32,000 nt of DNA from Clostridia bacterium (GCA_017450465.1 JAFSUW010000021.1:22570-54569), one strand, 5' to 3'. Shown: positions 1-7,711, counted from the stretch's first letter. The notes: generated by a model from the letters alone, not told the origin. Made by a program: numbers and translations.

Positions 1-143
1 CCCTTTGGCACAGCTTCTAATTTTCTTGTAGCAAGTAGTGCCCATATAATTATTACCGCCATCGCAATCCATGACATCACCACTACATTTGTTACCGGTA
101 TATTAAAAATATGAAATAACACTTCAACATGATCGTTACCCAT
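1..143 (-). CDS. atpB: F0F1 ATP synthase subunit a, N-terminal fragment (gene continues beyond window start)
   Basis: Reverse-strand translation from the ATG at 143 (GGAGG 5 nt upstream) gives MGNDHVEVLFHIFNIPVTNVVVMSWIAMAVIIIWALLATRKLEAVPKG. This fits the usual subunit-a N-terminus pattern (PVT..VV.SWI.M...L.TRKLE..PKG). It is absent from the ORF track because the window edge truncates it. Confidence 0.6.
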   Translation of the reverse strand, partial: MGNDHVEVLFHIFNIPVTNVVVMSWIAMAVIIIWALLATRKLEAVPK

Positions 144-307
144 AATAGCCTCCATCCTAGAATACTTTCTCAAAATTTCTATATTACTATTTTAGTATCG
201 TCATTGCTTCCAAAAAAATTAAGTATTATTTCATATTTTATTAAAAAAATATTTGCTAATTAAACTACTACATCCTATAAAAAATCAATAGTTCTACTAA
301 ATAATAA

Positions 308-1009
308 CTACTGCTCTTTGCTACTCCTTTTCTTTATTATTTTCATTACTATAAGTATCACAATTATTTGTGCTAAAATAAATACCAAAATTATTGCTCC
401 TGCTACCGCATATATATTTATTATGTTATATTCAACATTAATTGTATTTTCATGGTTATACTTTAAGTTCCAAGTAAGGAAATTTCCGTTATCTACGTTT
501 GCATTACTGCTACTTACCTTGCTTACTGGCACTTTTAAATTAAATGTTACGCCTAAATTTTCTTCTACATATTCATCGTTTTTACTTTCACGAGTTCCTG
601 CATTATAATCAACTAAATCAATTTTTGCATTAATCTTATATTTTTCTAAGAAAATATTCTTTGAATAACTTACTATTGGTTCGCCCTCTATGGCTTGCAA
701 CAATACTGTATTAAAACTATCAATATTTTTTATATCATCAATGTATAGTTTTGCTTCAAATACCTTTTCATCATTGTTAAATGACTCATTTACACTAAAG
801 CCAGCATTCCTTAGCTCCTCTTCAAGCTTTTCTAATGTGGTTTTATACTTTGAAGCATAATCTTCATAAATATCCTCATTCACGCTTAATATGTAACTAA
901 AATTTGCACTACCATCCTCATTTATTTCTAAATTATATTTAACATCTGAACAAGATGTAAAAATAGAACAAATGAAAACAAATATTGCAATATTTAATAA
1001 TTTCTTCAA
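308..1009 (-). CDS. Putative lipoprotein with C-terminal membrane anchor, unknown function
   Basis: 233-aa ORF. It has a signal peptide with a lipobox-like FTSC (MKKLLNIAIFVFICSIFTSC). A hydrophobic C-terminal helix (AVAGAIILVFILAQIIVILIV) is followed by a basic tail. Confidence 0.7.
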   Translation of the reverse strand: MKKLLNIAIFVFICSIFTSCSDVKYNLEINEDGSANFSYILSVNEDIYEDYASKYKTTLEKLEEELRNAGFSVNESFNNDEKVFEAKLYIDDIKNIDSFNTVLLQAIEGEPIVSYSKNIFLEKYKINAKIDLVDYNAGTRESKNDEYVEENLGVTFNLKVPVSKVSSSNANVDNGNFLTWNLKYNHENTINVEYNIINIYAVAGAIILVFILAQIIVILIVMKIIKKRSSKEQ

Positions 1010-1024
1010 AACAATTACACCTCT

Positions 1025-1564
1025 TTACTCTTTTGTTGTTTTAGATAATGCATCTTTATACTCTTTCGTTAAAATTTTTTCCTTTATAGCATCAGAAATA
1101 TTTAATGCCTTTTCTACAGAATCTTCTGGAAATAATTTTATTATTTCTTTGTCGGTAGGTTCTAAATAATTTAATAAATCACAATTACCTTTAGCGTCAC
1201 CTATACCTTTTGCCACTGTTACTATTATTGGTACAACATCACTACCTTCTAATCTAGTTAATTCGCCATCCACATATGCATATTTGCCATAACTTGCTAA
1301 TACATAATTTATTATTAGCGCCTTACCTTCGTCTTGATATTCATTAGTCGCATCTTTTGATAATAATACTTCATATCCAACTCCTTCTATATCACCACTC
1401 TCGTATTTTTCTGCATTTTTTAATATTATTGACTGTATCAATGCTTTAGTCACTGTTCCACCAGCATTTTCTACTACAAAATTTTTCTCTATTTTTTTTA
1501 ATCCGCATGCACTTAGCATGAAAACTACTAAAATGATACCACTTAATTTTGCCAATTTATTCAT
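1025..1564 (-). CDS. Putative lipoprotein, unknown function
   Basis: The ORF track gives 1025..1624. The internal ATG at 1564, preceded by GGGGGT, gives MNKLAKLSGIILVVFMLSAC (signal peptide plus lipobox LSAC). Confidence 0.65.
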   Translation of the reverse strand: MNKLAKLSGIILVVFMLSACGLKKIEKNFVVENAGGTVTKALIQSIILKNAEKYESGDIEGVGYEVLLSKDATNEYQDEGKALIINYVLASYGKYAYVDGELTRLEGSDVVPIIVTVAKGIGDAKGNCDLLNYLEPTDKEIIKLFPEDSVEKALNISDAIKEKILTKEYKDALSKTTKE

Positions 1565-1580
1565 GCAATTACCCCCAATT

Positions 1581-2663
1581 TTACTTTGTATAATCAACGA
1601 CATAAATTCCATTATCTTTTGCAAATACTATATTTTTCTCCATGAACACACAACAATTTATATCAGTACCCAAGTTTGATGCAAATTCATATTCAAATGT
1701 TATTTCTTGCGACTCAATATCTATAAGCTTTATAACATAATTGTTTCCGTTTTCTTCTACAATATATTCTACAGTGCATAATGTCTTATTATCATCTGAT
1801 AAAAATATCTGCCTATTTTTCAGATTCTGAACATTTCTTGCAACTGTTATGAATAACTGATTTGCTTCTTCATTATCTAAATTTAGTTTATATACATTGC
1901 GTGACACATTTGCTTCTGTATAATAAATATTTGCATTTTCTACATCATACATCAAATACTTTCCATCTTTTGCTTCTTTATATTTATTATCCTGGCCACT
2001 TATATTTATTGTACCAAAACCAACTACTGAATCGAGTTCGATTTTTTTATAAATAACTAAATCATCACTAATTGCAACTGGTTCAAAATGTGGGTCACCA
2101 TCTTTAATTTTGTGAGTTAAAACCCTTTTAGTAAGCCCTGTTTGTGTATCTATAACCGATACTCCTGTTTCACTACTATATGCTATATGCGTGCCATCTT
2201 TTGACATTACATGATTTGCGTACTTGTAGTTTTCAATTACAATCTCTTTTATTTTCATTGTAGGCCAATGTATGTGAACAATCTCATTATTGTTCTTGCT
2301 ATTTACCTCAGATTTATTAGAAAACACATATAGTGTTTTATTTTCGTTTTCTACACCAATATACTCTATTTTGTTTTCAAATTCCAATGCTTTACTATAT
2401 GTATTATCCGCCAAATTATATTTATATATATCCGATTTGTTATCGCCTAAATATTCTACAAATATAGCGAAATTAGTATTATCTAATTTATAAACACCAT
2501 TTATCTTATAATTTTCTTCTGCCTTGTCAAGTTTTAAGAAATCTATATCAAGTGCCGTGATAACAGTTTCAGGAGTTTCTTTTTTATTGAAGAACCCTAC
2601 CAATAACACGCACAAACTTGATATAATAAGTAATTTTAAATTTCTTTTCATATAACCACTCAT
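1581..2663 (-). CDS. Secreted or membrane-anchored protein, unknown function (possibly beta-propeller-like)
   Basis: 360-aa ORF with an N-terminal hydrophobic signal (KRNLKLLIISSLCVLLVGF). No catalytic motif recognised. The start is either 2663 or the ATG at 2651. Confidence 0.6.
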   Translation of the reverse strand: MSGYMKRNLKLLIISSLCVLLVGFFNKKETPETVITALDIDFLKLDKAEENYKINGVYKLDNTNFAIFVEYLGDNKSDIYKYNLADNTYSKALEFENKIEYIGVENENKTLYVFSNKSEVNSKNNNEIVHIHWPTMKIKEIVIENYKYANHVMSKDGTHIAYSSETGVSVIDTQTGLTKRVLTHKIKDGDPHFEPVAISDDLVIYKKIELDSVVGFGTINISGQDNKYKEAKDGKYLMYDVENANIYYTEANVSRNVYKLNLDNEEANQLFITVARNVQNLKNRQIFLSDDNKTLCTVEYIVEENGNNYVIKLIDIESQEITFEYEFASNLGTDINCCVFMEKNIVFAKDNGIYVVDYTK

Positions 2664-2700
2664 CTTTCATATAATATCCTATGTTATTGTATCATTTTAT

Positions 2701-2746
2701 TTTAAAATTATAAAGATGAAAATCCAAAAAATAATAGATTTTCATC
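2701..2746 (-). terminator. Rho-independent terminator after the glycosylase gene
   Basis: Minus-sense GATGAAAATC-N12-GATTTTCATC followed by TTTATAATTTT, immediately after the stop at 2748. Confidence 0.5.
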
Positions 2747-2747
2747 T

Positions 2748-3215
2748 TCACTCTTTTATTATGCTCCACGACTCGCAAAGTCGTTTTATATTATATGTTG
2801 CATTAGCCGGACTAGTTGACGGTAATTTTATTATGTCGATATTGGCAAAATATTTTTTAAAAAGTTTATAGGCAGTACTACCATTTGCAAAAATTTTCTT
2901 TATCTTTGAAGTTTTCAAAATCATTTCTATATCATTTGGTACAACATTTTGTATGCTATTATCACTTGAACCAACTATATCACATTCTTTAATTACATCC
3001 CAAACCGCGATATTATGCTTAAGTAGTAATTTCTTCTTATCTTCTATTGTATTTGGCAAGTCTTCATTGGTAATTCCACTAATTACCTTCCAAAACCTAT
3101 TTTGTGGATGCCCATAAAAAAACTTCTGTTCCCTTGATTTTACAGACGGGAAACTACCAAGTATCAAGACTTTAGAATTTTTATCATATACTGGTGGTAT
3201 GTTGTGCGTTTCCAT
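2748..3215 (-). CDS. Uracil-DNA glycosylase superfamily protein (DNA-deoxyinosine/hypoxanthine glycosylase-like)
   Basis: METHNIPPVYDKNSKVLILGSFPSVKSREQKFFYGHPQNRFW matches the conserved N-terminus of this family. The likely start at 3215 overlaps the dxr 3' end by 32 nt. Confidence 0.75.
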   Translation of the reverse strand: METHNIPPVYDKNSKVLILGSFPSVKSREQKFFYGHPQNRFWKVISGITNEDLPNTIEDKKKLLLKHNIAVWDVIKECDIVGSSDNSIQNVVPNDIEMILKTSKIKKIFANGSTAYKLFKKYFANIDIIKLPSTSPANATYNIKRLCESWSIIKE

Positions 3216-4356
3216 AAAGCTCCTCCAAAAATGCGTATGTCTTTTCACGAATTTCTTTATCAAAGTTTAATACATCTTCAATGTTTCTTATTTCTTGCCT
3301 ATCTATAATATTTAAAATATATTCTATGCCATTTGGAATATCAGTAAATTTTACTTTTCTATTGAGGAAAGAATCTACTAGCACTTCATTTGCTGCATTT
3401 AATGCAATTTGATAACTATGCCCTGCATTAATTGTCTCATAAGCTAATCGTAGACATTTAAATTTATTCATATCTGGTTCTTCAAATGTTAGTGTTTTTA
3501 TCTTAAATAAATCAAGTTTTTCAACCGAATTTGGCAATCTATTTGGATAATTTAAAGCATATGCAATAGGTATTTGCATTGATTTTGGACCTATGCTTGC
3601 CATTATTGTCCCATCAACAAATTGAACCATAGAATGTACCAAACTACCTCTATGAACAACAACTTTAATCTTGCTTGGATCTACATTAAACAACCACTTT
3701 GCCTCTATAACTTCAAAACCTTTATTCATCATGGTAGCAGAATCAATAGTTATTTTTTTACCCATACTCCAAGTAGGATGAAGTAGTGCTTCTTCTACTG
3801 TTATCTTTTCATCTATTTTTCTGTCAAAGAAAGGACCGCCCGATGCGGTAAGAAGAATTTTATCTATTTTATCATGATCCTCGCCATTTAAGCATTGCAT
3901 AATTGCACTATGTTCACTATCTACAGTCAAAAGTGTCGAACCGAAACTCGCTGCCAAATCTATAATAAGTTTGCCACCAGCAACCAAAACTTCTTTATTC
4001 GCAAGAGCAATGATTTTCCCTTTTTTTATCATGTTGTAAGTAGGTTTTAAGCCAGCAACACCAACCAACGCCGAAACACCAATGTCAAAATCGTCTAAAT
4101 TCGATACTACATCCATTCCGCCATCGCCATAAAATACATTAATGCCTCTATATTTTTCCCTTAATATATCTGCATTTGCTTTATCCCTTATATATACGTT
4201 TTGTGGCTTAAATTCATCTATCTGCTCTATTAACTTTTCTACATTTTTCCCTGCTACTAATGTTACTGCTGTAAACAAGTCTCTATTTTCGCGTATTACG
4301 TTTAATGTGTTTGTACCTATAGAGCCCGTAGAACCAAATATTGCTACTTTTTTCAT
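3184..4356 (-). CDS. dxr: 1-deoxy-D-xylulose 5-phosphate reductoisomerase
   Basis: 390 aa. MKKVAIFGSTGSIGTNTL NADPH-binding N-terminus, LANKE, and DSEHSA motifs typical of Dxr. Confidence 0.95.
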   Translation of the reverse strand: MKKVAIFGSTGSIGTNTLNVIRENRDLFTAVTLVAGKNVEKLIEQIDEFKPQNVYIRDKANADILREKYRGINVFYGDGGMDVVSNLDDFDIGVSALVGVAGLKPTYNMIKKGKIIALANKEVLVAGGKLIIDLAASFGSTLLTVDSEHSAIMQCLNGEDHDKIDKILLTASGGPFFDRKIDEKITVEEALLHPTWSMGKKITIDSATMMNKGFEVIEAKWLFNVDPSKIKVVVHRGSLVHSMVQFVDGTIMASIGPKSMQIPIAYALNYPNRLPNSVEKLDLFKIKTLTFEEPDMNKFKCLRLAYETINAGHSYQIALNAANEVLVDSFLNRKVKFTDIPNGIEYILNIIDRQEIRNIEDVLNFDKEIREKTYAFLEELYGNAQHTTSI

Positions 4357-4364
4357 AAAATCAC

Positions 4365-5096
4365 CTATTCTTCTGGTATAAATGCTGGCATTAAAGAAAG
4401 CTTAAATAAATTCCTCTTATGTAGTGTGTCTATTTTTTCTTTTATAACTAAATCGTCTATTTCTCCAGTTCTAATGTATTTATCTAATACTTCATAGGTA
4501 AATCCTAAATTATCTTCATCAGTTTTACCAGATAAACCATCTTCTGGCACCTTTTCAATAAGTTCATGCGGTAATCCTAAGAAACGCCCGATTGCTTTTA
4601 CTTCTGTAACAGTAAAATGTGATATTGGTGAAAAATCACCAACTGAATCACCATATCTTGTTGAATATCCAACATAATCTTCAGATAAATTACAAGTATT
4701 TGCTACTCTACCATTTACGCTTTGTGATACTGCGTAAAGGACTGACATTCTTATTCGTGGAGGCAAATTCGTTTTAGTTTGCACGGTAAGTTCGATATTT
4801 TCACCAACAAGTCTTTTTATACTTTCAATTGGTTCTTTAACATTTATTGTATAGTTTTTTATGCCTAGATGATTTACCAAAAGCTCTGCTGCATCTATAT
4901 CTTTTTGCTCACCGCAAGGCATTAATACACCGATAACTCTTTCTTTGCCTAATGCTTTAACACACAATGCGGCTACTACAGAACTATCTTTACCACCAGA
5001 TATTCCAACAACAGCATTACAACCTTTTCCATTTGCTTCAAAAAAGTCTTGTATCCATTTTATACATTCATTAGCCATTTTTTCCGCATCAAACAT
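4365..5096 (-). CDS. nadE: NH3-dependent NAD+ synthetase
   Basis: SGGKDSS PP-loop (GISGGKDSSVVAALC) and NadE-like length. The start MFDAEKM at 5096 is preceded by GGGAGGG. The ORF track start at 5147 lacks an SD. Confidence 0.9.
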   Translation of the reverse strand: MFDAEKMANECIKWIQDFFEANGKGCNAVVGISGGKDSSVVAALCVKALGKERVIGVLMPCGEQKDIDAAELLVNHLGIKNYTINVKEPIESIKRLVGENIELTVQTKTNLPPRIRMSVLYAVSQSVNGRVANTCNLSEDYVGYSTRYGDSVGDFSPISHFTVTEVKAIGRFLGLPHELIEKVPEDGLSGKTDEDNLGFTYEVLDKYIRTGEIDDLVIKEKIDTLHKRNLFKLSLMPAFIPEE

Positions 5097-5118
5097 ATAA
5101 AACCCTCCCACTGTTATG

Positions 5119-5147
5119 ATAATAATATCATGTGGGAGAATTGTCAA
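5119..5147 (-). promoter_or_regulatory. Sigma-A-type promoter for nadE-dxr-glycosylase operon
   Basis: Minus-sense TTGACA (5147-5142), 17-nt spacer, TATTAT (5124-5119), about 20 nt upstream of the nadE SD. Confidence 0.5.
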
Positions 5148-5194
5148 GAGTAGACAAATTGTTGCTTAACAACGAGTCTAAAATTATCAAAATC

Positions 5195-5350
5195 GTAGGG
5201 GCGGGGTTCCACCCCCGCCCGCAAGATATGGTTTTATGCAAACGGGCGGGCCAGGAAAAGTGAGACTCCAAATGGAGGGCGGGCCAGGAGACCCGCCCCT
5301 ACATTTGGTAAGTCGAAGTTTCATCGTTTACGATAACTCCGCCCCTACAG
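5195..5350. repeat. GC-rich palindromic repeat cluster downstream of the pilin-like gene
   Basis: GTAGGGGCGGGG (5195-5206) is inverted relative to CCCGCCCCTACA (5292-5303) and CCGCCCCTACAG (5339-5350). Direct repeat GGGCGGGCCAGGA at 5244-5256 and 5277-5289. Hairpins GGGGCGGGG/CCCCCGCCC (5198-5220) and CCAAATGG...CATTTGG (5268-5308). Minus-sense, the 5198-5220 hairpin is followed by CTACGATTTTG, so it may terminate the pilin transcript. Confidence 0.8.
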
Positions 5351-5394
5351 ATAACAAAATGTTATATATTTTGTTATTTATCCAACAATTTTTA

Positions 5395-6498
5395 CTATAT
5401 TCCTATTGTATAAGGGTTGTCTGACTCTCCAGTGCCACCTGTTATCTTGATGTTAGATTTAAGAGTTATTACTGGACGCACCCCACGCGAAAAAGAGCGA
5501 GTGCTGATACTACCGTTCGAGAAGGCATAGACCAAGTAATAGCTTGTGACGCTACCACTCGTTTCCAAATTACGCACATTGAAAATAGAGGTGCCGCTAT
5601 CGGTAGTCAGGTCACGTGAAGCAAGCCATACTAATCCACTGCTATGCTTCAAGTTATCATTACCATGTATTATATTTGTGTCACTTGAACAATATGTGTC
5701 GTAGTATGGTAAAACCGCACTTCTTGCTGCTGCAAATGTTAATGGATATTGTGTTGTATCAATCTCACCTATACTGCTACTTGTTGCCCCTACACTTCTT
5801 CCACTTGTTGCATATGTACTATTTACATACGTTGCACATTTATCATTTAGTATTTTTACACAATTTGAATAGCCATTTGCACCGCTTAATGTTACACCTC
5901 CTATACCTTCTTTACTTATTATTTCTATTACTCCACCTGTATTTCTTATTACTACCCATTTCCCTGTATAGCCTCCTCCTGTATATGCTATAAAGTCTCC
6001 TACTTTTACTTCAGTATTTGCCTTTATTGCTACTGCACTACCTGGTATAACATAATCTGTACCTTCACAGTAAGCCCAGCCAGATTCGCCTCCTACATAT
6101 GTTATCTCTACTGGCTCACTTGGTGTAGTTAAGTCACAGGCCTCCGCATTTCCTACTCCTACTACTATTTTTTTATTATCCCCTTCGCCCACTGCACATA
6201 CATAGTATGTTCCTTCTGTATCTTCATATGATTTTGCTATAAAATCACTACTTATATATGTTGGACACAAACCCTCAATTTCATCATATTTTGTTGGAGT
6301 TGTTGGTAAGTTATCTTTTCCTATATCTGTTTCCCATATTCGTACTGCTTTTCCTATTTGCTCTGCTGTACGTTTATCTGCTGCTACTTGAGAACGTTGC
6401 CTTATACCTGCTAAGTTTGGTACTGCAATTAGTGCAATTATTCCAAGTATTGCTATTACAATTATTAATTCTACTAGGGTAAATCCTTTTTGTTTCAT
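5395..6498 (-). CDS. Prepilin-type N-terminal cleavage/methylation domain protein with large lectin-like C-terminal region
   Basis: MKQKG|FTLVELIIVIAILGIIALIAVPNL is a canonical type IV prepilin signal with Glu+5. AAGGAGG SD 7 nt upstream. The C-terminus (...VWLASR...GVRPVITL...GGTGESDNPYTIGI) resembles DUF1566/Lcl-like adhesin modules (recalled from memory). GC is higher than in neighbours, about 50% in the 3' end. Confidence 0.85.
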   Translation of the reverse strand: MKQKGFTLVELIIVIAILGIIALIAVPNLAGIRQRSQVAADKRTAEQIGKAVRIWETDIGKDNLPTTPTKYDEIEGLCPTYISSDFIAKSYEDTEGTYYVCAVGEGDNKKIVVGVGNAEACDLTTPSEPVEITYVGGESGWAYCEGTDYVIPGSAVAIKANTEVKVGDFIAYTGGGYTGKWVVIRNTGGVIEIISKEGIGGVTLSGANGYSNCVKILNDKCATYVNSTYATSGRSVGATSSSIGEIDTTQYPLTFAAARSAVLPYYDTYCSSDTNIIHGNDNLKHSSGLVWLASRDLTTDSGTSIFNVRNLETSGSVTSYYLVYAFSNGSISTRSFSRGVRPVITLKSNIKITGGTGESDNPYTIGI

Positions 6499-6563
6499 AT
6501 GGTGGTCCTCCTTCTAGTTTTTATGACCGATGTGGGCATCGGCCACTACATTTTTTATCTTTA

Positions 6564-6674
6564 CACCTCATCTGTCACTACGTGACATCTTCCCCTCAAG
6601 GGGAAGACTTTAAATTTTCACTAGCCGTATGCCTTCCCCTCGAGGGGAAGGTGCCCGTAAGACCGGATGAGGTG
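6564..6674. repeat. 111-bp GC-rich palindromic module in the pilin-like gene 5' leader
   Basis: A 9-bp terminal inverted repeat, CACCTCATC (6564-6572) / GATGAGGTG (6666-6674), encloses three palindromes. These are CTTCCCCTCAAGGGGAAG (6589-6606), CCTTCCCCTCGAGGGGAAGG (6632-6651) and GTCACtacGTGAC (6574-6586). An extra hairpin CCGATGtgggCATCGG lies at 6527-6542. Confidence 0.8.
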
Positions 6675-6700
6675 TTGCAATTTCTCATACAAAAAATTTA

Positions 6701-6746
6701 AAATACAAAAAGCAGATAAAACTATGCCTCACATAGCTTTATCTGC
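6701..6746 (-). terminator. Strong intrinsic terminator between micro-ORF and pilin-like gene leader
   Basis: Minus-sense GCAGATAAAGCTATG-tgagg-CATAGTTTTATCTGC (15-bp stem with one G-U) followed by TTTTTGTATTTT. Confidence 0.7.
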
Positions 6747-6770
6747 CTTATTTTTTCGATTAAATTTACA

Positions 6771-6821
6771 TTACCCCCCCCCGATGTAAATAATTACCAT
6801 ATTATTTAATATATATCCCAT
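6771..6821 (-). CDS. 16-codon micro-ORF (MGYILNNMVIIYIGGG) containing a G9 homopolymer
   Basis: AAGGAGGTG SD with a 7-nt spacer to the ATG at 6821. The ORF ends ATC GGG GGG GGG TAA, where the G9 corresponds to the C9 run at 6774-6782. The ORF end sits in hairpin TTTACAT-N12-ATGTAAA (6765-6790). It is too short to appear in the ORF track. Confidence 0.4.
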   Translation of the reverse strand: MGYILNNMVIIYIGGG

Positions 6822-6853
6822 CAGGGCACCTCCTTAAAAATAATCTACATTTT

Positions 6854-6880
6854 TTATCGGTTTTTTTATTTTTTTCTTTA
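6854..6880 (-). promoter_or_regulatory. Sigma-D (sigma-28/FliA)-type promoter upstream of the micro-ORF
   Basis: Minus-sense TAAA (6880-6877), 15-nt spacer, ACCGATAA (6861-6854). The B. subtilis sigma-D consensus is TAAA-N15-GCCGATAT. Confidence 0.45.
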
Positions 6881-6890
6881 ATTAATGCAC

Positions 6891-6917
6891 AAAAAAATTG
6901 CGACCCGAAGATCGCAA
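6891..6917 (-). terminator. Rho-independent terminator of the FliD-like gene
   Basis: Minus-sense TTGCGAtcttcgggTCGCAA followed by TTTTTTT, 14 nt after the stop at 6931. It is bidirectional in shape. Confidence 0.7.
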
Positions 6918-6930
6918 TTTTTTAGGGGAG

Positions 6931-7650
6931 TTATAAATAATAGTTTAATAAACTCTTGTAATCAAAATTTGAATATTTACCTTTATTGGTATAAACATTT
7001 GCACTTAATTCTTCTTTTGCTGCCTCTGTACTTATCTGGCTTGCTTTTTGTGATATTCTTCCTGCAAATGAATTACCCTCATTAAATAAACTCTTAACTG
7101 ATTCTACATTTGCTTTTTCAAACTTTTCTGAATCTATTGATAGTTTATTGTCACTTCCAACTGTTATACCAATACTTTCTAAGCTTTTCTTATAAGCATT
7201 TGTTGTGCCAATCATATTTAATGTTTTTTGCATTACTCTAGTACTATTTGAATCACCAGATTTTTCTATTACTGAATTGTAATCTGAAACAAACTGTGAT
7301 ACTGCTTTCTTTATTGCTTCTTTATCATATTCCTGCGTAACTGTCTTTTCACCAGTTTCTTTATCAACATTTTCTACATCTTTCTTTTGAAAAACTGATG
7401 TTTTTCCTTTAGACAGCAACTCTGCAGAAGATGCTTTTAATGAATTAGCATTTGCTTTTACTTCTGTCAAATTATTATCTTCTTTATTTACCTTGGTTGT
7501 TCCTTTTGATGCAAATTCACTTTGTGTTTTTTCCTTTGCACCTGACACTCTACTGTAATAAGAATTTAGTAATTTTCTATAAGTACCGCTTCTTATACTT
7601 GAGTAATCATTTAGGTTAATATCGCCAATATTAAAGAAATTATTTGCCAT
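6931..7650 (-). CDS. Hypothetical protein with FliD (flagellar cap) C-terminal-like segment
   Basis: 239 aa. LESIGITVGSDNKLSIDSEKFEKANVESVKSLFNEGNSFAGRI resembles the FliD C-terminal domain pattern (recalled from memory). CGGAGGTG SD and a sigma-D-type promoter lie upstream. Confidence 0.6.
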   Translation of the reverse strand: MANNFFNIGDINLNDYSSIRSGTYRKLLNSYYSRVSGAKEKTQSEFASKGTTKVNKEDNNLTEVKANANSLKASSAELLSKGKTSVFQKKDVENVDKETGEKTVTQEYDKEAIKKAVSQFVSDYNSVIEKSGDSNSTRVMQKTLNMIGTTNAYKKSLESIGITVGSDNKLSIDSEKFEKANVESVKSLFNEGNSFAGRISQKASQISTEAAKEELSANVYTNKGKYSNFDYKSLLNYYL

Positions 7651-7683
7651 TTTTACACCTCCGTGTTCTATTCCTATAATTAT

Positions 7684-7711
7684 ATATCGGCAATTTTACA
7701 TAAATACTTTA
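7684..7711 (-). promoter_or_regulatory. Sigma-D (sigma-28)-type promoter for the FliD-like gene
   Basis: Minus-sense TAAA (7711-7708), 16-nt spacer, then GCCGATAT (7691-7684), an exact consensus -10. It lies 33 nt upstream of the ATG. Confidence 0.55.

Noticed and set aside
5195-5424. Plus-strand ORF 5236..5424 (62 aa) and a tRNA-like GGGGTTCCACCCC segment in the GC-rich cluster
   Set aside because: The ORF has no SD and is a by-product of GC-rich repeats. The hairpin has a 5-nt loop and a 9-bp stem, with no acceptor, D or anticodon arms, so it is not a tRNA.
6500-6700. A c-di-GMP (GEMM-I/II) or other known riboswitch in the pilin-like gene leader, by analogy with C. difficile pilA1
   Set aside because: I could not find the conserved cores I remember for c-di-GMP-I/II, ydaO or hammerhead (CUGAUGA...GAAA) motifs. 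The region is reported only as an unexplained structured module, and an Infernal/Rfam scan is needed.
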